Positions 46,874 through 56,569 of a DNA stretch of 64,000 nt are shown here, one piece after another. This stretch comes from an uncultured virus (IMG/VR IMGVR_UViG_3300020256_000017). Taxonomy: Duplodnaviria > Heunggongvirae > Uroviricota > Caudoviricetes. Below the pieces are notes generated by a model. That model was given only the letters and a program-made list of their open reading frames with translations. It was not told the DNA's origin and did not search any database. Within the stretch, counting starts at the first letter, position 1. Each line of letters starts with the position of its first letter. Made by a program: the position numbers and the translations under genes. The stretch lies in IMG/VR virus record IMGVR_UViG_3300020256_000017; one strand, 5' to 3'.

Positions 46874-48772
46874 CTAGGGTCGCGGGCGCATCTTGTCAAT
46901 AAGCTCTCGTTTCTCATCAAGCCATTCATTGCGTAGCTCTTTCGCCTCATTAATCAAAAACAATGGAGGCCCAGGCATACGACTTGACGCGGGCTCTGGC
47001 GCACCTTTGTCGGGTTGCACGAAGGTGATTTGTTTATCGTCAGGGAAAAGAACGCGGGCTGCTTCTGATAGCAATTCGGGGTCATTAAGTATACTGCTAT
47101 CAATATGCCTTCCATTATCCAATAAGCGCATCGTTAACGGGCTTGCAGTGGGGGATATTGAGGGGGTGATATCAGGATGTTTGCTGATATGTTTAAGCGC
47201 CTCAGCCATACGGGGTAATGCGGAAGCGTCATCAAATGTGGCCGGCATAGTGAGCGTTGCATGAACATGACCTTCAATAGATTTATCAATCATAATTGAG
47301 GGTGCGGCGAGCCCTTGTGCGACAAATGCATCTCGAATGTGCTTCTCGAACGCCTTTCTTTCTTTAGGTAACTCACCGCCCGCATTGGCATCAACAATAG
47401 TGTTATGCAGGGTTTGGCTATCGTGGGCAATCTCCAATGATGTCATAACGTTGCCACTGTCATTAATCAGGTGATTTTCCACCAGCATATAGGGCTGCTC
47501 CTGGTCGCCTTTTCGATAGTGAACCCGCCCCGGATCGGCAGGATTGTTAGGGTTATGTGACGTCAAATGTGTGAAACCGAGGTTGTCGAGTGTGACAATC
47601 GATTCTTGCATAATATCAGGCATTGTCGGTGTGGAGGTGATGACAAGGTTATATTTTTCCGCTATCGTCGCCACCGCCTGTTTAGCCAAGTCTTCACGCT
47701 CACTGGCAGTGAGGCTTAAAAATGCGGTGCGATTGCCTTTTTTGTAGTCTTGCCTTGCTATGTTAACCACTTCTTGAGCGAGGTCATCAGCCACTGACAT
47801 ACGCGCTTTGTCACTCATTGCAACAAATACATCTGGGTTGTCATTAAACAACGTGGTGGTCGCGAGAATAGTGATATCCGCATCGTGTGTATGATATGCG
47901 TTTTCGCTGTCGCTGCGCAACGTTATTAAGCCTCCCGTATTACGAAGCTCAATAATGGATGTGGTGAGGTCATCCCTCTCCTTCTTTGATATGCCGTTGC
48001 TGTACATTTTGCACAGCGTGTCTAATAAGCCATAGCCATCCGCATAGTTTTCAAGTTCAAGGCTTGCAAGAGGGTTAAATCCACGGGTAAGGTTTTTTTC
48101 TGTGTTGAGATGCGTATGTGCAAACTCGTGAGCGTGCCTGAAATGTCGGTGGTATGATTGTGCTGGCGACGACAAAGAGGTATAGCTTGGTACCCCAGCG
48201 ACATGATGATGAAGGCCTGACTCATTAGACAAGTTCATCATATTAATAACATTGCCCGTCTCAGGGATTCTTAGACGAGCTGCGGAGTAGGGTATGGCGA
48301 TGATAGGGTTGAATTCAGAGTAGCTTCCTTTAGGTTTAATAACTGACGTAGTGTTGTCAATATAATCACGTAATGCAGTTCGTGACCCCATCAGCGCTTT
48401 TAACCCTGGTTGTTCCCAAAGAAAATCGCGTATTTTGTCAGCATCTCCCGCGCCTCCCGTCACAGGAAGGTCTTCCTGTTTGTGAATGATAACCAGCGTT
48501 TCCGGTCGAGGTTCACCATCTGCCATATTGAAAAACACCCCCGGCAGATTGTTTTTAATTTGCTCAAATGTCAGTGGTGTATCAGGATTGTTGATACTGG
48601 CATAGGATGTAACATCGTCTGGTAGTGGTGGGAGTGAGGTGCCACCAGACAAAACGATGCCGTGAGCAGGTTCTGAAAGAGACATGGCTGCATGGTTTAG
48701 CTCGGCGCCATCGGCATTAGCCATGGATAGCGCGAGCGCTGATGATAAAAGAGCATTTTTTAGAAGGCGCAT
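46874..48772 (-). CDS. Exported HExxH (zincin-like) metallopeptidase candidate
   Basis: Signal peptide, HEFAH and ENYAD; distant paralog of 35374/37450 (shared YAxIxNP and HD motifs). Confidence 0.7.
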   Translation of the reverse strand: MRLLKNALLSSALALSMANADGAELNHAAMSLSEPAHGIVLSGGTSLPPLPDDVTSYASINNPDTPLTFEQIKNNLPGVFFNMADGEPRPETLVIIHKQEDLPVTGGAGDADKIRDFLWEQPGLKALMGSRTALRDYIDNTTSVIKPKGSYSEFNPIIAIPYSAARLRIPETGNVINMMNLSNESGLHHHVAGVPSYTSLSSPAQSYHRHFRHAHEFAHTHLNTEKNLTRGFNPLASLELENYADGYGLLDTLCKMYSNGISKKERDDLTTSIIELRNTGGLITLRSDSENAYHTHDADITILATTTLFNDNPDVFVAMSDKARMSVADDLAQEVVNIARQDYKKGNRTAFLSLTASEREDLAKQAVATIAEKYNLVITSTPTMPDIMQESIVTLDNLGFTHLTSHNPNNPADPGRVHYRKGDQEQPYMLVENHLINDSGNVMTSLEIAHDSQTLHNTIVDANAGGELPKERKAFEKHIRDAFVAQGLAAPSIMIDKSIEGHVHATLTMPATFDDASALPRMAEALKHISKHPDITPSISPTASPLTMRLLDNGRHIDSSILNDPELLSEAARVLFPDDKQITFVQPDKGAPEPASSRMPGPPLFLINEAKELRNEWLDEKRELIDKMRPRP

Positions 48773-48849
48773 AGGTAGCTCGTGATTTATTGTGATAGAA
48801 TCGAATGGATGTTATCACATTTTGTAAATGCTATTTGTAGCGAGGGATT

Positions 48850-49152
48850 ATGAGTACGAGTGCAGTTGTTGAGATAAAAGATGAGAACGGTGTTGTGTTT
48901 TACTTGCGTCGTGGTCATGATGGTGATCCCGATACCGTGATGAAAGATTTAGACAGGGCTGTTTGCGAAGCAAATATTTTATGGTCTGGCTCTGAGATAG
49001 GACTTTTTGTGGCACGTTTTCTAGGGATAACGTACACACCTGGGGATAGACTTCACGAATACGAGATGTTGCCACATAATATCGACGATGTTGCCTATCG
49101 TTACCTCGTGACTTTTGAGGGCGGCAAATGGCAGGCCGGTGAGCATCAGTAA
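48850..49152 (+). CDS. Hypothetical protein
   Basis: GAGGG RBS; MST..Y..HDGxP pattern. Confidence 0.75.
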   Translation: MSTSAVVEIKDENGVVFYLRRGHDGDPDTVMKDLDRAVCEANILWSGSEIGLFVARFLGITYTPGDRLHEYEMLPHNIDDVAYRYLVTFEGGKWQAGEHQ

Positions 49153-49179
49153 AAAAAGTAAAATGCTACTTATAGTCTG

Positions 49180-49224
49180 TAGTCTGTCATGATGTGATTT
49201 AGTATTATTGTTTCCGTCAACATA
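49180..49224 (+). promoter_or_regulatory. Box promoter variant (GTCAACATA)
   Basis: TATTAT-N7-GTCAACATA, then GAGGA RBS. Confidence 0.6.
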
Positions 49225-49240
49225 AAAGAGGAAACAGAAA

Positions 49241-49732
49241 ATGCAAAATAACACATACACTCCCATCGTCGTTCACTATGACAATGCTAGCGTTGTGATG
49301 ATTAATGGCGTCATTGTTGCGACCACGGACCCTGATGATGGTGCTATGATGGACAGAGAGGCATTTGATGAGGTCGTCAATAGACTTGCATCATCAAGTG
49401 GAAAGTCACCGGTGGTGATGGAGTTAAGCAGTGAAGAGATAATGCATGCGATCGGCGTCGCTGGCGACGATGTCAGTTTTGATGATATGGCGCTGCTTGC
49501 AGAACAACGGTTGAATGAAAAACACTTAGGTGACATTATGCCTGATGCTGCGGTTCTCATTGTTGACGGAGACGCTTTTCGCGTGTCCAGTTATGATGAT
49601 GACGAGAGGGTCGTTGACGTGCGAGAGGAAGAGTCAGGCGTTGAACGTACGTTCGACATTAAGGTGCTCGCAAAGGAAGGCTGTAAAGTGATGGGATTTA
49701 TCACGCTGCACGACTCCGTACGCCGAACGTAA
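49241..49732 (+). CDS. Hypothetical acidic protein
   Basis: 163 aa ORF with GAGGA RBS. Confidence 0.8.
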   Translation: MQNNTYTPIVVHYDNASVVMINGVIVATTDPDDGAMMDREAFDEVVNRLASSSGKSPVVMELSSEEIMHAIGVAGDDVSFDDMALLAEQRLNEKHLGDIMPDAAVLIVDGDAFRVSSYDDDERVVDVREEESGVERTFDIKVLAKEGCKVMGFITLHDSVRRT

Positions 49733-49821
49733 GCGGTATAGAGAGTGACAGAAAGAAGGAGACTATATAACTTAAGTCTCCTTCTTTCGTTAATAACCGT
49801 ATAGTGACTGTCGTGTAACGA

Positions 49822-50019
49822 TTATGCAGCAAGATCCATAGTTTCATCTGTGCTAAGTGTGATCTGATCCGCGCGTAGTTGGAAATTATTCGCAACTTCC
49901 TCGATCAAGAAGGTTTTCTTTTGTTCAATAAAATCAGGATGAAATACGGTGGTTGAGGCTAATTTTAGACCGGTGCGTCGCTCAATGGCGGTGATGTTTA
50001 CGTGTTTGCTCTTGTCCAT
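49822..50019 (-). CDS. Small hypothetical protein
   Basis: AAGGAG RBS after a box variant. Confidence 0.7.
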   Translation of the reverse strand: MDKSKHVNITAIERRTGLKLASTTVFHPDFIEQKKTFLIEEVANNFQLRADQITLSTDETMDLAA

Positions 50020-50032
50020 GTCAAGCTCCTTT

Positions 50033-50079
50033 GGTGTTGACGTTGTAGAGATGATAGTAATTTGTGATCAGGGAGTCAA
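50033..50079 (-). promoter_or_regulatory. Box promoter variant (GTCAACACC)
   Basis: TTGAC-N33-GTCAACACC. Confidence 0.65.
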
Positions 50080-50084
50080 AGATG

Positions 50085-50336
50085 TTACGTGTTGGAAACG
50101 GCATAGTCGTGAGCGTTCGACAGTGAGTGCAAAAGCTCGATAAGCTCTGCGTCGCGATTGAGCCCAGCCTTTCGCAGAGCAGCAACAATCGTTGGCTGGT
50201 CAATAGATTGAACCGCGCTGATCATTTGGTTTTCTATCTCACCTACATCAGTTTCTGATTCTACGTCACGCCCCATTGCAGTAATAAATGCGTTTTGACC
50301 ATCGTTTTCAGGTTGGTTTGGTGTTGTGTTTGGCAT
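50085..50336 (-). CDS. Small hypothetical protein
   Basis: AAGGTG RBS after box. Confidence 0.75.
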   Translation of the reverse strand: MPNTTPNQPENDGQNAFITAMGRDVESETDVGEIENQMISAVQSIDQPTIVAALRKAGLNRDAELIELLHSLSNAHDYAVSNT

Positions 50337-50351
50337 AGTTTCACCTTGGTG

Positions 50352-50395
50352 TGTGTTGACAATGTTATTATCTCGCTTTTTGTGAGGGTTGTCAA
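50352..50395 (-). promoter_or_regulatory. GTCAACACA-box promoter
   Basis: TTGACA..GATAAT..GTCAACACA. Confidence 0.85.
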
Positions 50396-50468
50396 TATTT
50401 TTGTTATAGGGTGTTGGTGAAAATGTGATAACATTTTAGGCAACATAGTGAAATCATATTACAAGGAC

Positions 50469-50639
50469 ATGTTTATGGAACAGTTGGAAATAGCTCTGCG
50501 CAGCGTAAGAGGCGGAGCATCTTTACTGGACGCCGCACGAGATCATGGCGTCGATATCATTGAGCTGATAGTGCTAAACGATGTGACGCCATCTAATAAC
50601 AAGAAAATGAATGTTCCTGTTGGTGAGGCTAGCTCGTGA
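50469..50639 (+). CDS. Tiny helix-turn-helix protein candidate
   Basis: ALRSVRGGASLLDAARDHGV resembles a psq-type HTH; AAGGA RBS. Confidence 0.5.
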   Translation: MFMEQLEIALRSVRGGASLLDAARDHGVDIIELIVLNDVTPSNNKKMNVPVGEASS

Positions 50640-51171
50640 TTCGAGGTATCCCCATCATTCTCATCAATGCATCCCCTTTGCGGTGAAATTCCGCAAGCGT
50701 GCCATTATTGTACAAAACACCATCCGCTGCTGATTTTGGGATTTTAAGCGTTTTATCTGGCACGTATGTACCTTCACGAATAAGTCGCTCTTTTGCATCA
50801 ATGTAAAGGACAAAATCAAACGTACCTGCCGCTTGGTTGGCGTAAAACTCTTTGTCAGAACGCATGCCATTGTAAACCGGACGCTGACTTAGCATTGTAT
50901 TCGCCATTTTCGTTCTGTCTGGGTCATTAAAGCGCTCAATTTCTTCAAACCATATTTGACGATGCTCTGGCGACTGGCGATCAGCATAACAGTCTTCAAC
51001 GCTGTCATAAATGATGCCAGTGCGTTCTCTCATCCTCTCCACCATAAAATGGCAGGCTGCAAAATAAGAGCTTGACCATCCAAGGTAGCCGTAGTTTTTG
51101 GCAAGGTATTGCATTAATTCGTCTTTGCCATGTCGTGCCTCACCTATGATGAGAAGCTTAGGTTGGTGCAT
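50629..51171 (-). CDS. P-loop deoxynucleoside monophosphate kinase-like protein
   Basis: IIGEARHGKD Walker A variant, GMR motif, C-terminal NNGTL. Confidence 0.7.
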   Translation of the reverse strand: MHQPKLLIIGEARHGKDELMQYLAKNYGYLGWSSSYFAACHFMVERMRERTGIIYDSVEDCYADRQSPEHRQIWFEEIERFNDPDRTKMANTMLSQRPVYNGMRSDKEFYANQAAGTFDFVLYIDAKERLIREGTYVPDKTLKIPKSAADGVLYNNGTLAEFHRKGDALMRMMGIPRITS

Positions 51172-51327
51172 GTTTAACCTCCTAAATTAGAGTTGTTTCA
51201 TTATACCTAACCCTGCACAAAATACAATAAAAAAACAGAATAAATATTCCTTACTAGTGGTGATATTTTGTTGAGAATGTGGGTTAGCAATGTTAAAATA
51301 AGTCATGCAAAAAGAGGGCGTCGTTTT

Positions 51328-52434
51328 ATGAAAAGTGCATTGCGTGATTACATATCGGAACATTATCTTGACCTGTCTAGCAAATGGATAACTCAGCTTA
51401 CTTTGCTGGATGAAAAAGGAGAAGAAGTAATTGATAGCATCGTGAATATGGTGTTCCCTGGTGTGGACAATATCACGAAAGGCATGCGTCGTTTTGTTCG
51501 GAGTGTAACAAATAACCCTCATACTCTAAGCCACCTATTGATAGCGACACCGCTTTACCGAGCAAAGTTTAGCATCGATAAACTCATTCAGCTGCATACA
51601 CTGTGTAAATGCGACATACCCCTGGATGAAGCAAAGTCATTACGAGTAAAAGACATCACCCTTTTACGACGCTATTACAATGATGATCGTATATTCAAAC
51701 TGCTTACAGAGGCACCGTTAGTCAGCCTTCGTGACACAATGGATATGATGTTTAACATTTACGAACGCCGGTCTGATATCAAGTATTTGCCGAAAAAGCC
51801 TAAGTCATTAACCATGGTCCATGATGCTGCTGTGAGGACCCTGCCTAAGGTGAGCCAAGAAAACTTCCCTCTTAATCAAAGAGAGGACGTTGTTCAGTTA
51901 GATAAAAAAGAACTCACTGAGGGCTTGGTCATAAGGGTGCCTGAAACGCACTATGATATGATTGATCTTGGTGAGGCGCTAAGCTTTTGTATTGGTAACG
52001 GCTCGTACTCACGAAAAGTAGCGAACAGTGAAAGCTCAGTCATAGGGCTTTTTGAAAACGGGAAACCGCGCTATGGCATTGAGTTTAGCCGATACACCAT
52101 TCTAGAAGCGCAAGGTTTTGGTAACCTTCCCCAAAATCGCCCACCAAGAGAAGTGCTGCTTGCATTATTAGACTTGGTGGTCAAGAAACCAGAGTTGCCA
52201 GCAGACTTCTTGCCAATTACTGACTCAGGTTGGGTGCATGGGTACCGATACGATAACACGAACTTATATTTGCTCCTTAAGGACCGAGTTTACATGTACC
52301 ACAATGTGCCAACAGAGGTTTATGAAGATCTCCTGTTGAGTAGCCGTAAGGGGGGGTATGTGAATAGAATCATCAAGCCTAATTATGATTGTGATTTCAT
52401 GGGTCATGTCGAGAATGTCACTGTGGCAGAATGA
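51328..52434 (+). CDS. PcfJ-like domain fused to a C-terminal KTSC domain
   Basis: LGEALSFCIG..Y (PcfJ-like); YMYHNVPTEVYEDLLLSSRKGGYVNRIIK (KTSC). Confidence 0.75.
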   Translation: MKSALRDYISEHYLDLSSKWITQLTLLDEKGEEVIDSIVNMVFPGVDNITKGMRRFVRSVTNNPHTLSHLLIATPLYRAKFSIDKLIQLHTLCKCDIPLDEAKSLRVKDITLLRRYYNDDRIFKLLTEAPLVSLRDTMDMMFNIYERRSDIKYLPKKPKSLTMVHDAAVRTLPKVSQENFPLNQREDVVQLDKKELTEGLVIRVPETHYDMIDLGEALSFCIGNGSYSRKVANSESSVIGLFENGKPRYGIEFSRYTILEAQGFGNLPQNRPPREVLLALLDLVVKKPELPADFLPITDSGWVHGYRYDNTNLYLLLKDRVYMYHNVPTEVYEDLLLSSRKGGYVNRIIKPNYDCDFMGHVENVTVAE

Positions 52435-52668
52435 TAAAATATAGTTGTTTTTTTGTCGATTTGTGTTAATATGTAGTCATCCTGTAAAGCGTTCGATTTG
52501 AAAGACAGTCAACGCGAGGGGGGTGGCTACCCATGGTGCTGCGCAGATATTTTGCGGTCATAGCCGAGTAAGACAAAACACTGAACATTCCAAACATCAT
52601 TAACTGATTAGTGGGATCGAATGTGAACCAGCACGCACAATGTTATGATCTCACAGATTGGAGCAATG

Positions 52669-53730
52669 ATGAATATTTATCAAATTTTCACCCCGAAAGG
52701 GCTAACAACAGCGCTACACGCCCATCACAAAAACTTACACGCGAACTACAATTTCCCGCCGTTGAAGGGCAGAAAAGCCGAGCACCGTTTAGCTGACGTA
52801 TTTATGTTGTCAGGCTCGGAGCAGCTAGCGAATCGTTTAGATGATGCGTGGTACAAGATGACAAGTTCTACGTTATCGCTGACCGATAGCGGCGTAAGCC
52901 AAAATGTTCATGTTGAGATTTATCTTGAAGATGAGTTTGAAGAAGCACGTTACCAGTTGCGTGTTATGCGGGAGAATGAACCGACATTGATGATTTGCGA
53001 TGTAGATCCTAGTCACATGTCGCCACCTTCTGTTCAATACCGTTCACCAAGCAACGTTTCTCTTTACTACGGTGGTTATGCGTTGACCTTGAATGTCGAG
53101 GACAATGTGTTTACCGCCACGTTATTTGATATTGAGGAAAATGGCACGTTTTCAATAAATGAACCCCCGAAGGACAACCAGCAAAGCAGTGTGTTTGATG
53201 AGGTGTCAGAGTCATGGGTTGAGGTGAATCAATATGGCTTTCACGTGCCACATGCCACTGAGCAATATCTTGATGCCATGTTTATCGTAAAACATCGTGG
53301 TGGCGCGTTTCATTCGGGTTCGCCTTATGGTCCAGAGCATTGGGAAAACCATATTCATGAAGTATTGACCTTGCGCCGACAGGATGCATATGCGGTAGCG
53401 GAACAAAAAGGGTTGCCTAGACTTATAGGTGTGCGTGATCTGCCAGCGTTAGATGATGTTGAAATCAAGTCGCTTAAAGACGTGTCCCCAGGACTTTACC
53501 GTATACTGTCCATGTTGGCGTCATCATTAACCGCCGCGCAGGTAGAAGTTAAAGTGTCGGATATGGTTCATGCGCTCGGGAAGGGAGAAAGCCCTGCTGA
53601 GCACTTGTATTGGTCTCGTTCGGATTGGTCAACCGAAGTGGCTAATGGTGACACCAAATTAAGCTACGCAGATTGGATTTGCCATCGTGCAATAGAGTGG
53701 GCACAGGAACATAGCGTACCTAACATATAG
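52669..53730 (+). CDS. Hypothetical multidomain protein with a long 5' leader
   Basis: GGAG RBS; N-terminal LKGRKAEHRLADVFMLSG resembles 7000/13467. Confidence 0.75.
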   Translation: MNIYQIFTPKGLTTALHAHHKNLHANYNFPPLKGRKAEHRLADVFMLSGSEQLANRLDDAWYKMTSSTLSLTDSGVSQNVHVEIYLEDEFEEARYQLRVMRENEPTLMICDVDPSHMSPPSVQYRSPSNVSLYYGGYALTLNVEDNVFTATLFDIEENGTFSINEPPKDNQQSSVFDEVSESWVEVNQYGFHVPHATEQYLDAMFIVKHRGGAFHSGSPYGPEHWENHIHEVLTLRRQDAYAVAEQKGLPRLIGVRDLPALDDVEIKSLKDVSPGLYRILSMLASSLTAAQVEVKVSDMVHALGKGESPAEHLYWSRSDWSTEVANGDTKLSYADWICHRAIEWAQEHSVPNI

Positions 53731-53772
53731 CAAAAAAAAGGCAGCCTTAGTTGGCTGCCTAACCATAAAAAG

Positions 53773-53818
53773 TTGATTCTCGTGCGTATTTTTGCTATTA
53801 TTAATACACGTCAACACA
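53773..53818 (+). promoter_or_regulatory. GTCAACACA-box promoter
   Basis: TTGATT-N17-TATTAT..GTCAACACA. Confidence 0.8.
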
Positions 53819-53837
53819 AGTGGGAAAGAGTTTGAAA

Positions 53838-54167
53838 ATGGACCCTTATCTAAGAAAAACAGCCCGTCAGGAAGTGACTAAATCGAATCAAATGCTTCGC
53901 CAAAAGCTATTTGTCGAAGGTAAATCTTTGGCGAAATATTACCACGCGGTCATGGTGAAAGTGAAAGCGATTGACAACGAGCCGGTGAACCGTGAGTGTC
54001 TTTATGAACTGAAAGGTATGCTGACGCAATACGTGAACATTAGAAAAGCGCTATCGCCTACCATTGGTAGCGACATGTTGACGAAAGATTTAACTGGATT
54101 TCTCAACAATGTGAATAGCATGTTGGGTGAGAAAGGCGGAAAATCAACAGCGGAAGGTAATGCATGA
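53838..54167 (+). CDS. Hypothetical protein
   Basis: Start MDPYLRK after box. Confidence 0.7.
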   Translation: MDPYLRKTARQEVTKSNQMLRQKLFVEGKSLAKYYHAVMVKVKAIDNEPVNRECLYELKGMLTQYVNIRKALSPTIGSDMLTKDLTGFLNNVNSMLGEKGGKSTAEGNA

Positions 54168-54523
54168 GCATTAGCATTAGCATTACCCTTCGGCTTGTCG
54201 CATTCATGCTCTGCGCAGCTTCACCCAATGTATCAATGGCATACTGGGCTAAGTTGGACACCACGAACCTAAAATTCAAACGAGTTCACATTGTCAGTCA
54301 GAGCAATAAAGATTTGCGGTGCTCTATTAAGGCTTTCAGTGACCGCCTCTTTATTGAAGTGAAAGCCAAAAGTTCAACACCCACCTTCAATCTGAAGCGA
54401 AACGTAATACGAACGGACCTGAGCCTTCATTGTAAACCTATAGATAACGCGACAAGGACATTAAAGCCTTGGCGGAGAATACGTCACGTTGTTCCTTTCA
54501 CTGATGTATTTGAATTCATTTAA
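54164..54523 (+). CDS. Hypothetical exported protein
   Basis: ATGA overlap, signal-like N-terminus. Confidence 0.65.
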   Translation: MSISISITLRLVAFMLCAASPNVSMAYWAKLDTTNLKFKRVHIVSQSNKDLRCSIKAFSDRLFIEVKAKSSTPTFNLKRNVIRTDLSLHCKPIDNATRTLKPWRRIRHVVPFTDVFEFI

Positions 54524-54541
54524 CGTTTATTGGGAAGTGTT

Positions 54542-55003
54542 ATGCCAAGCGAATTACACGAGAAGTTATGCGCGAAGGCCGTAGCCTGGCTAAAGCGAAA
54601 TGGGTTCCCGGTCTCCGACAAAAATGTCTCCGGTGCAGGGTGTCGAGAGCGTGTTGATGCAATTGGCTTCAGACAGCAGTGCGCAGTGCTTGTTGAGGTC
54701 AAAGTGAGTCGCGCTGACTTTATGGCAGACCAGCGCAAACCAGAAAGGGCAGAGGGGGGCGTTGGTACCTACCGTTTTTATTTGGCGCCTGAAGGGTTGT
54801 TGCAAGAGGAAGACCTGCCTAAGGGGTGGGGGTTACTTGAGTATAAAGGGAGAAGTATCACCATGCGTCATGGGCCATTAGGAAATTGGTGGCCAAACTT
54901 TCATGCAGCACAAGACAATGAGTGGAGAGAATTCGCACATCGCCCTTGCGAGAAATCAGAGCACGCTTTACTTTATGCTTTAGCAAGAAAGAATATTTGT
55001 TGA
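54542..55003 (+). CDS. PD-(D/E)xK nuclease-like protein (MmcB-like)
   Basis: E.VDAIG..LVEVKVSRADF..D..KP motif. Confidence 0.7.
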   Translation: MPSELHEKLCAKAVAWLKRNGFPVSDKNVSGAGCRERVDAIGFRQQCAVLVEVKVSRADFMADQRKPERAEGGVGTYRFYLAPEGLLQEEDLPKGWGLLEYKGRSITMRHGPLGNWWPNFHAAQDNEWREFAHRPCEKSEHALLYALARKNIC

Positions 55004-55069
55004 TTTTAACTGCAATTGTGGTATTATAGCTAAAGCAAAGACAAAGCAGCAAAAAATAAAGAGGAAGCT

Positions 55070-55222
55070 ATGAAGCCATACACATCTGACACCCATGGTA
55101 GAAATCACTGTTTTAACCGCTCAAAAGACAGCAAGGTGCCTAAACGTGCTAAAAGCCGCAAAGGAACCAAAACCAGCCTTCGTCAGGCTGTAAAGCTGTC
55201 TACAAAGCGCAATGCCGTGTAA
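55070..55222 (+). CDS. 50 aa basic protein (MKPYTSD...)
   Basis: GAGGA RBS; below the ORF-track cutoff. Confidence 0.55.
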   Translation: MKPYTSDTHGRNHCFNRSKDSKVPKRAKSRKGTKTSLRQAVKLSTKRNAV

Positions 55223-55246
55223 AAGCACACGGGGAGAATAACGCCA

Positions 55247-55396
55247 ATGACAGACGATCAAAAGAACTCACAGGCCTATCAAGATTGCCTGGATTGCAAA
55301 GAACCAACGATGCCAGATGATCCAATTTACATGAAAAAGTATAGAGGTTGGCGTAACCTGGCGCAATTCCCCGGTGACGATTACGAAGCCGACTAG
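55247..55396 (+). CDS. 49 aa acidic protein (MTDDQKN...)
   Basis: GGAG RBS; CxxC; followed by a terminator at about 55425-55450. Confidence 0.5.
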   Translation: MTDDQKNSQAYQDCLDCKEPTMPDDPIYMKKYRGWRNLAQFPGDDYEAD

Positions 55397-55454
55397 TACG
55401 CCATTTTGTAAGATGAAAAATCATAAAAACCAGCTTATGCTGGTTTTTTTGTTC

Positions 55455-56090
55455 TTACCGTCGATGTGTTCTTCGTCGTAATGCGATAAAAGCAATAGGC
55501 AATAGGGCGATGACCGCGCTGCCTGACCAAGTAACATCCGTACTGACATTGTCGTTAGGTTGAGAAAGCGAGACATCATCAATAAGGTTGCCTAATGTAC
55601 CTGTCGTGATGCTGGAGAATGACACGGTGACCATTTCATCCGGCGCGGCAAAATTGTAATCAAAACGTGTCCATGTTGAGGTGTCGTTATGAATGATATC
55701 TTGCGAGAAAAAAGCATTACCCGTGCTGTCGAGAAGAGAAAAGGTAAATGCTTCTTCGGTGTTTTGTCGAGCCTGGTAAGCAAAGTTAACGTTGTATAGA
55801 CCACCGGCTTCAACACCAACACTTTGATACAGTGTAAAAGGCGAATAATTCCCTTTATTGACTGAGTTCAATTCGGCAAACTGTTCACCATCGGCGGCCA
55901 CGCGACCGAAAAGCCCATCCCACACTTCTATCCAAGAGCCATCCCAGCCATCAACCTGATCAGGAGAAAATGCTTTCCAGCTGTTATTAGCGACATTCTC
56001 ATCCTCAAAGCTCCCGTTGACGAGTAGATCTGCGGCCACTGGCAAGGAAAGAAGTGCTGCTGTAAAAAATGTCACTGCGTGCTTTATCAT
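55455..56090 (-). CDS. PEP-CTERM-like surface protein with a DUF642/CBM-like domain
   Basis: Signal peptide, NGSFE..GW..AELN..IDDVSL, TM helix with RRR tail. Confidence 0.75.
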   Translation of the reverse strand: MIKHAVTFFTAALLSLPVAADLLVNGSFEDENVANNSWKAFSPDQVDGWDGSWIEVWDGLFGRVAADGEQFAELNSVNKGNYSPFTLYQSVGVEAGGLYNVNFAYQARQNTEEAFTFSLLDSTGNAFFSQDIIHNDTSTWTRFDYNFAAPDEMVTVSFSSITTGTLGNLIDDVSLSQPNDNVSTDVTWSGSAVIALLPIAFIALRRRTHRR

Positions 56091-56278
56091 AATATGAACT
56101 CAATTTGGTTAATGGTGCTGCGAGAGGTTAATCCGCCTATTATTTGTTCAGGGTAGCTTGAGATGAAGTGACTGTAAAGCTTTAATTGGAGAAAGTATCG
56201 CTATAGGGAGGTTTATTTGCGGTTTAGGGGGGTTGCGAATGCGCTCCTATTGAAGCGCATTGAGGTGTGGGTGTTGTG

Positions 56279-56470
56279 TTAGAAACTATGAATAGCTTCA
56301 AATTGCGTCGCTGTAATGCCGGAAGACAGTGTTTTACCGCATGCTGTTTTAACGGTACCGCAGCCTTTAATTGCCGTCACCTTACAGGTGTCTGTCAATT
56401 GCTTTTTCTTACGCAAGGTGTTTAAAACCGCTGATCGCCATTTGCGTTTCATTGTATGGGTCATAGACAT
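56279..56470 (-). CDS. Small basic protein
   Basis: AAGGA RBS; TTGACA promoter with a degenerate box. Confidence 0.6.
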   Translation of the reverse strand: MSMTHTMKRKWRSAVLNTLRKKKQLTDTCKVTAIKGCGTVKTACGKTLSSGITATQFEAIHSF

Positions 56471-56569
56471 CGCGTTATTCCTTTTGTGGTGGTTAACGAG
56501 TGCTATATTAGCAACAAACACAGCGTTTTGTCAATAGGTATGCATCTTTTGTAACTAAATATTCACAAT

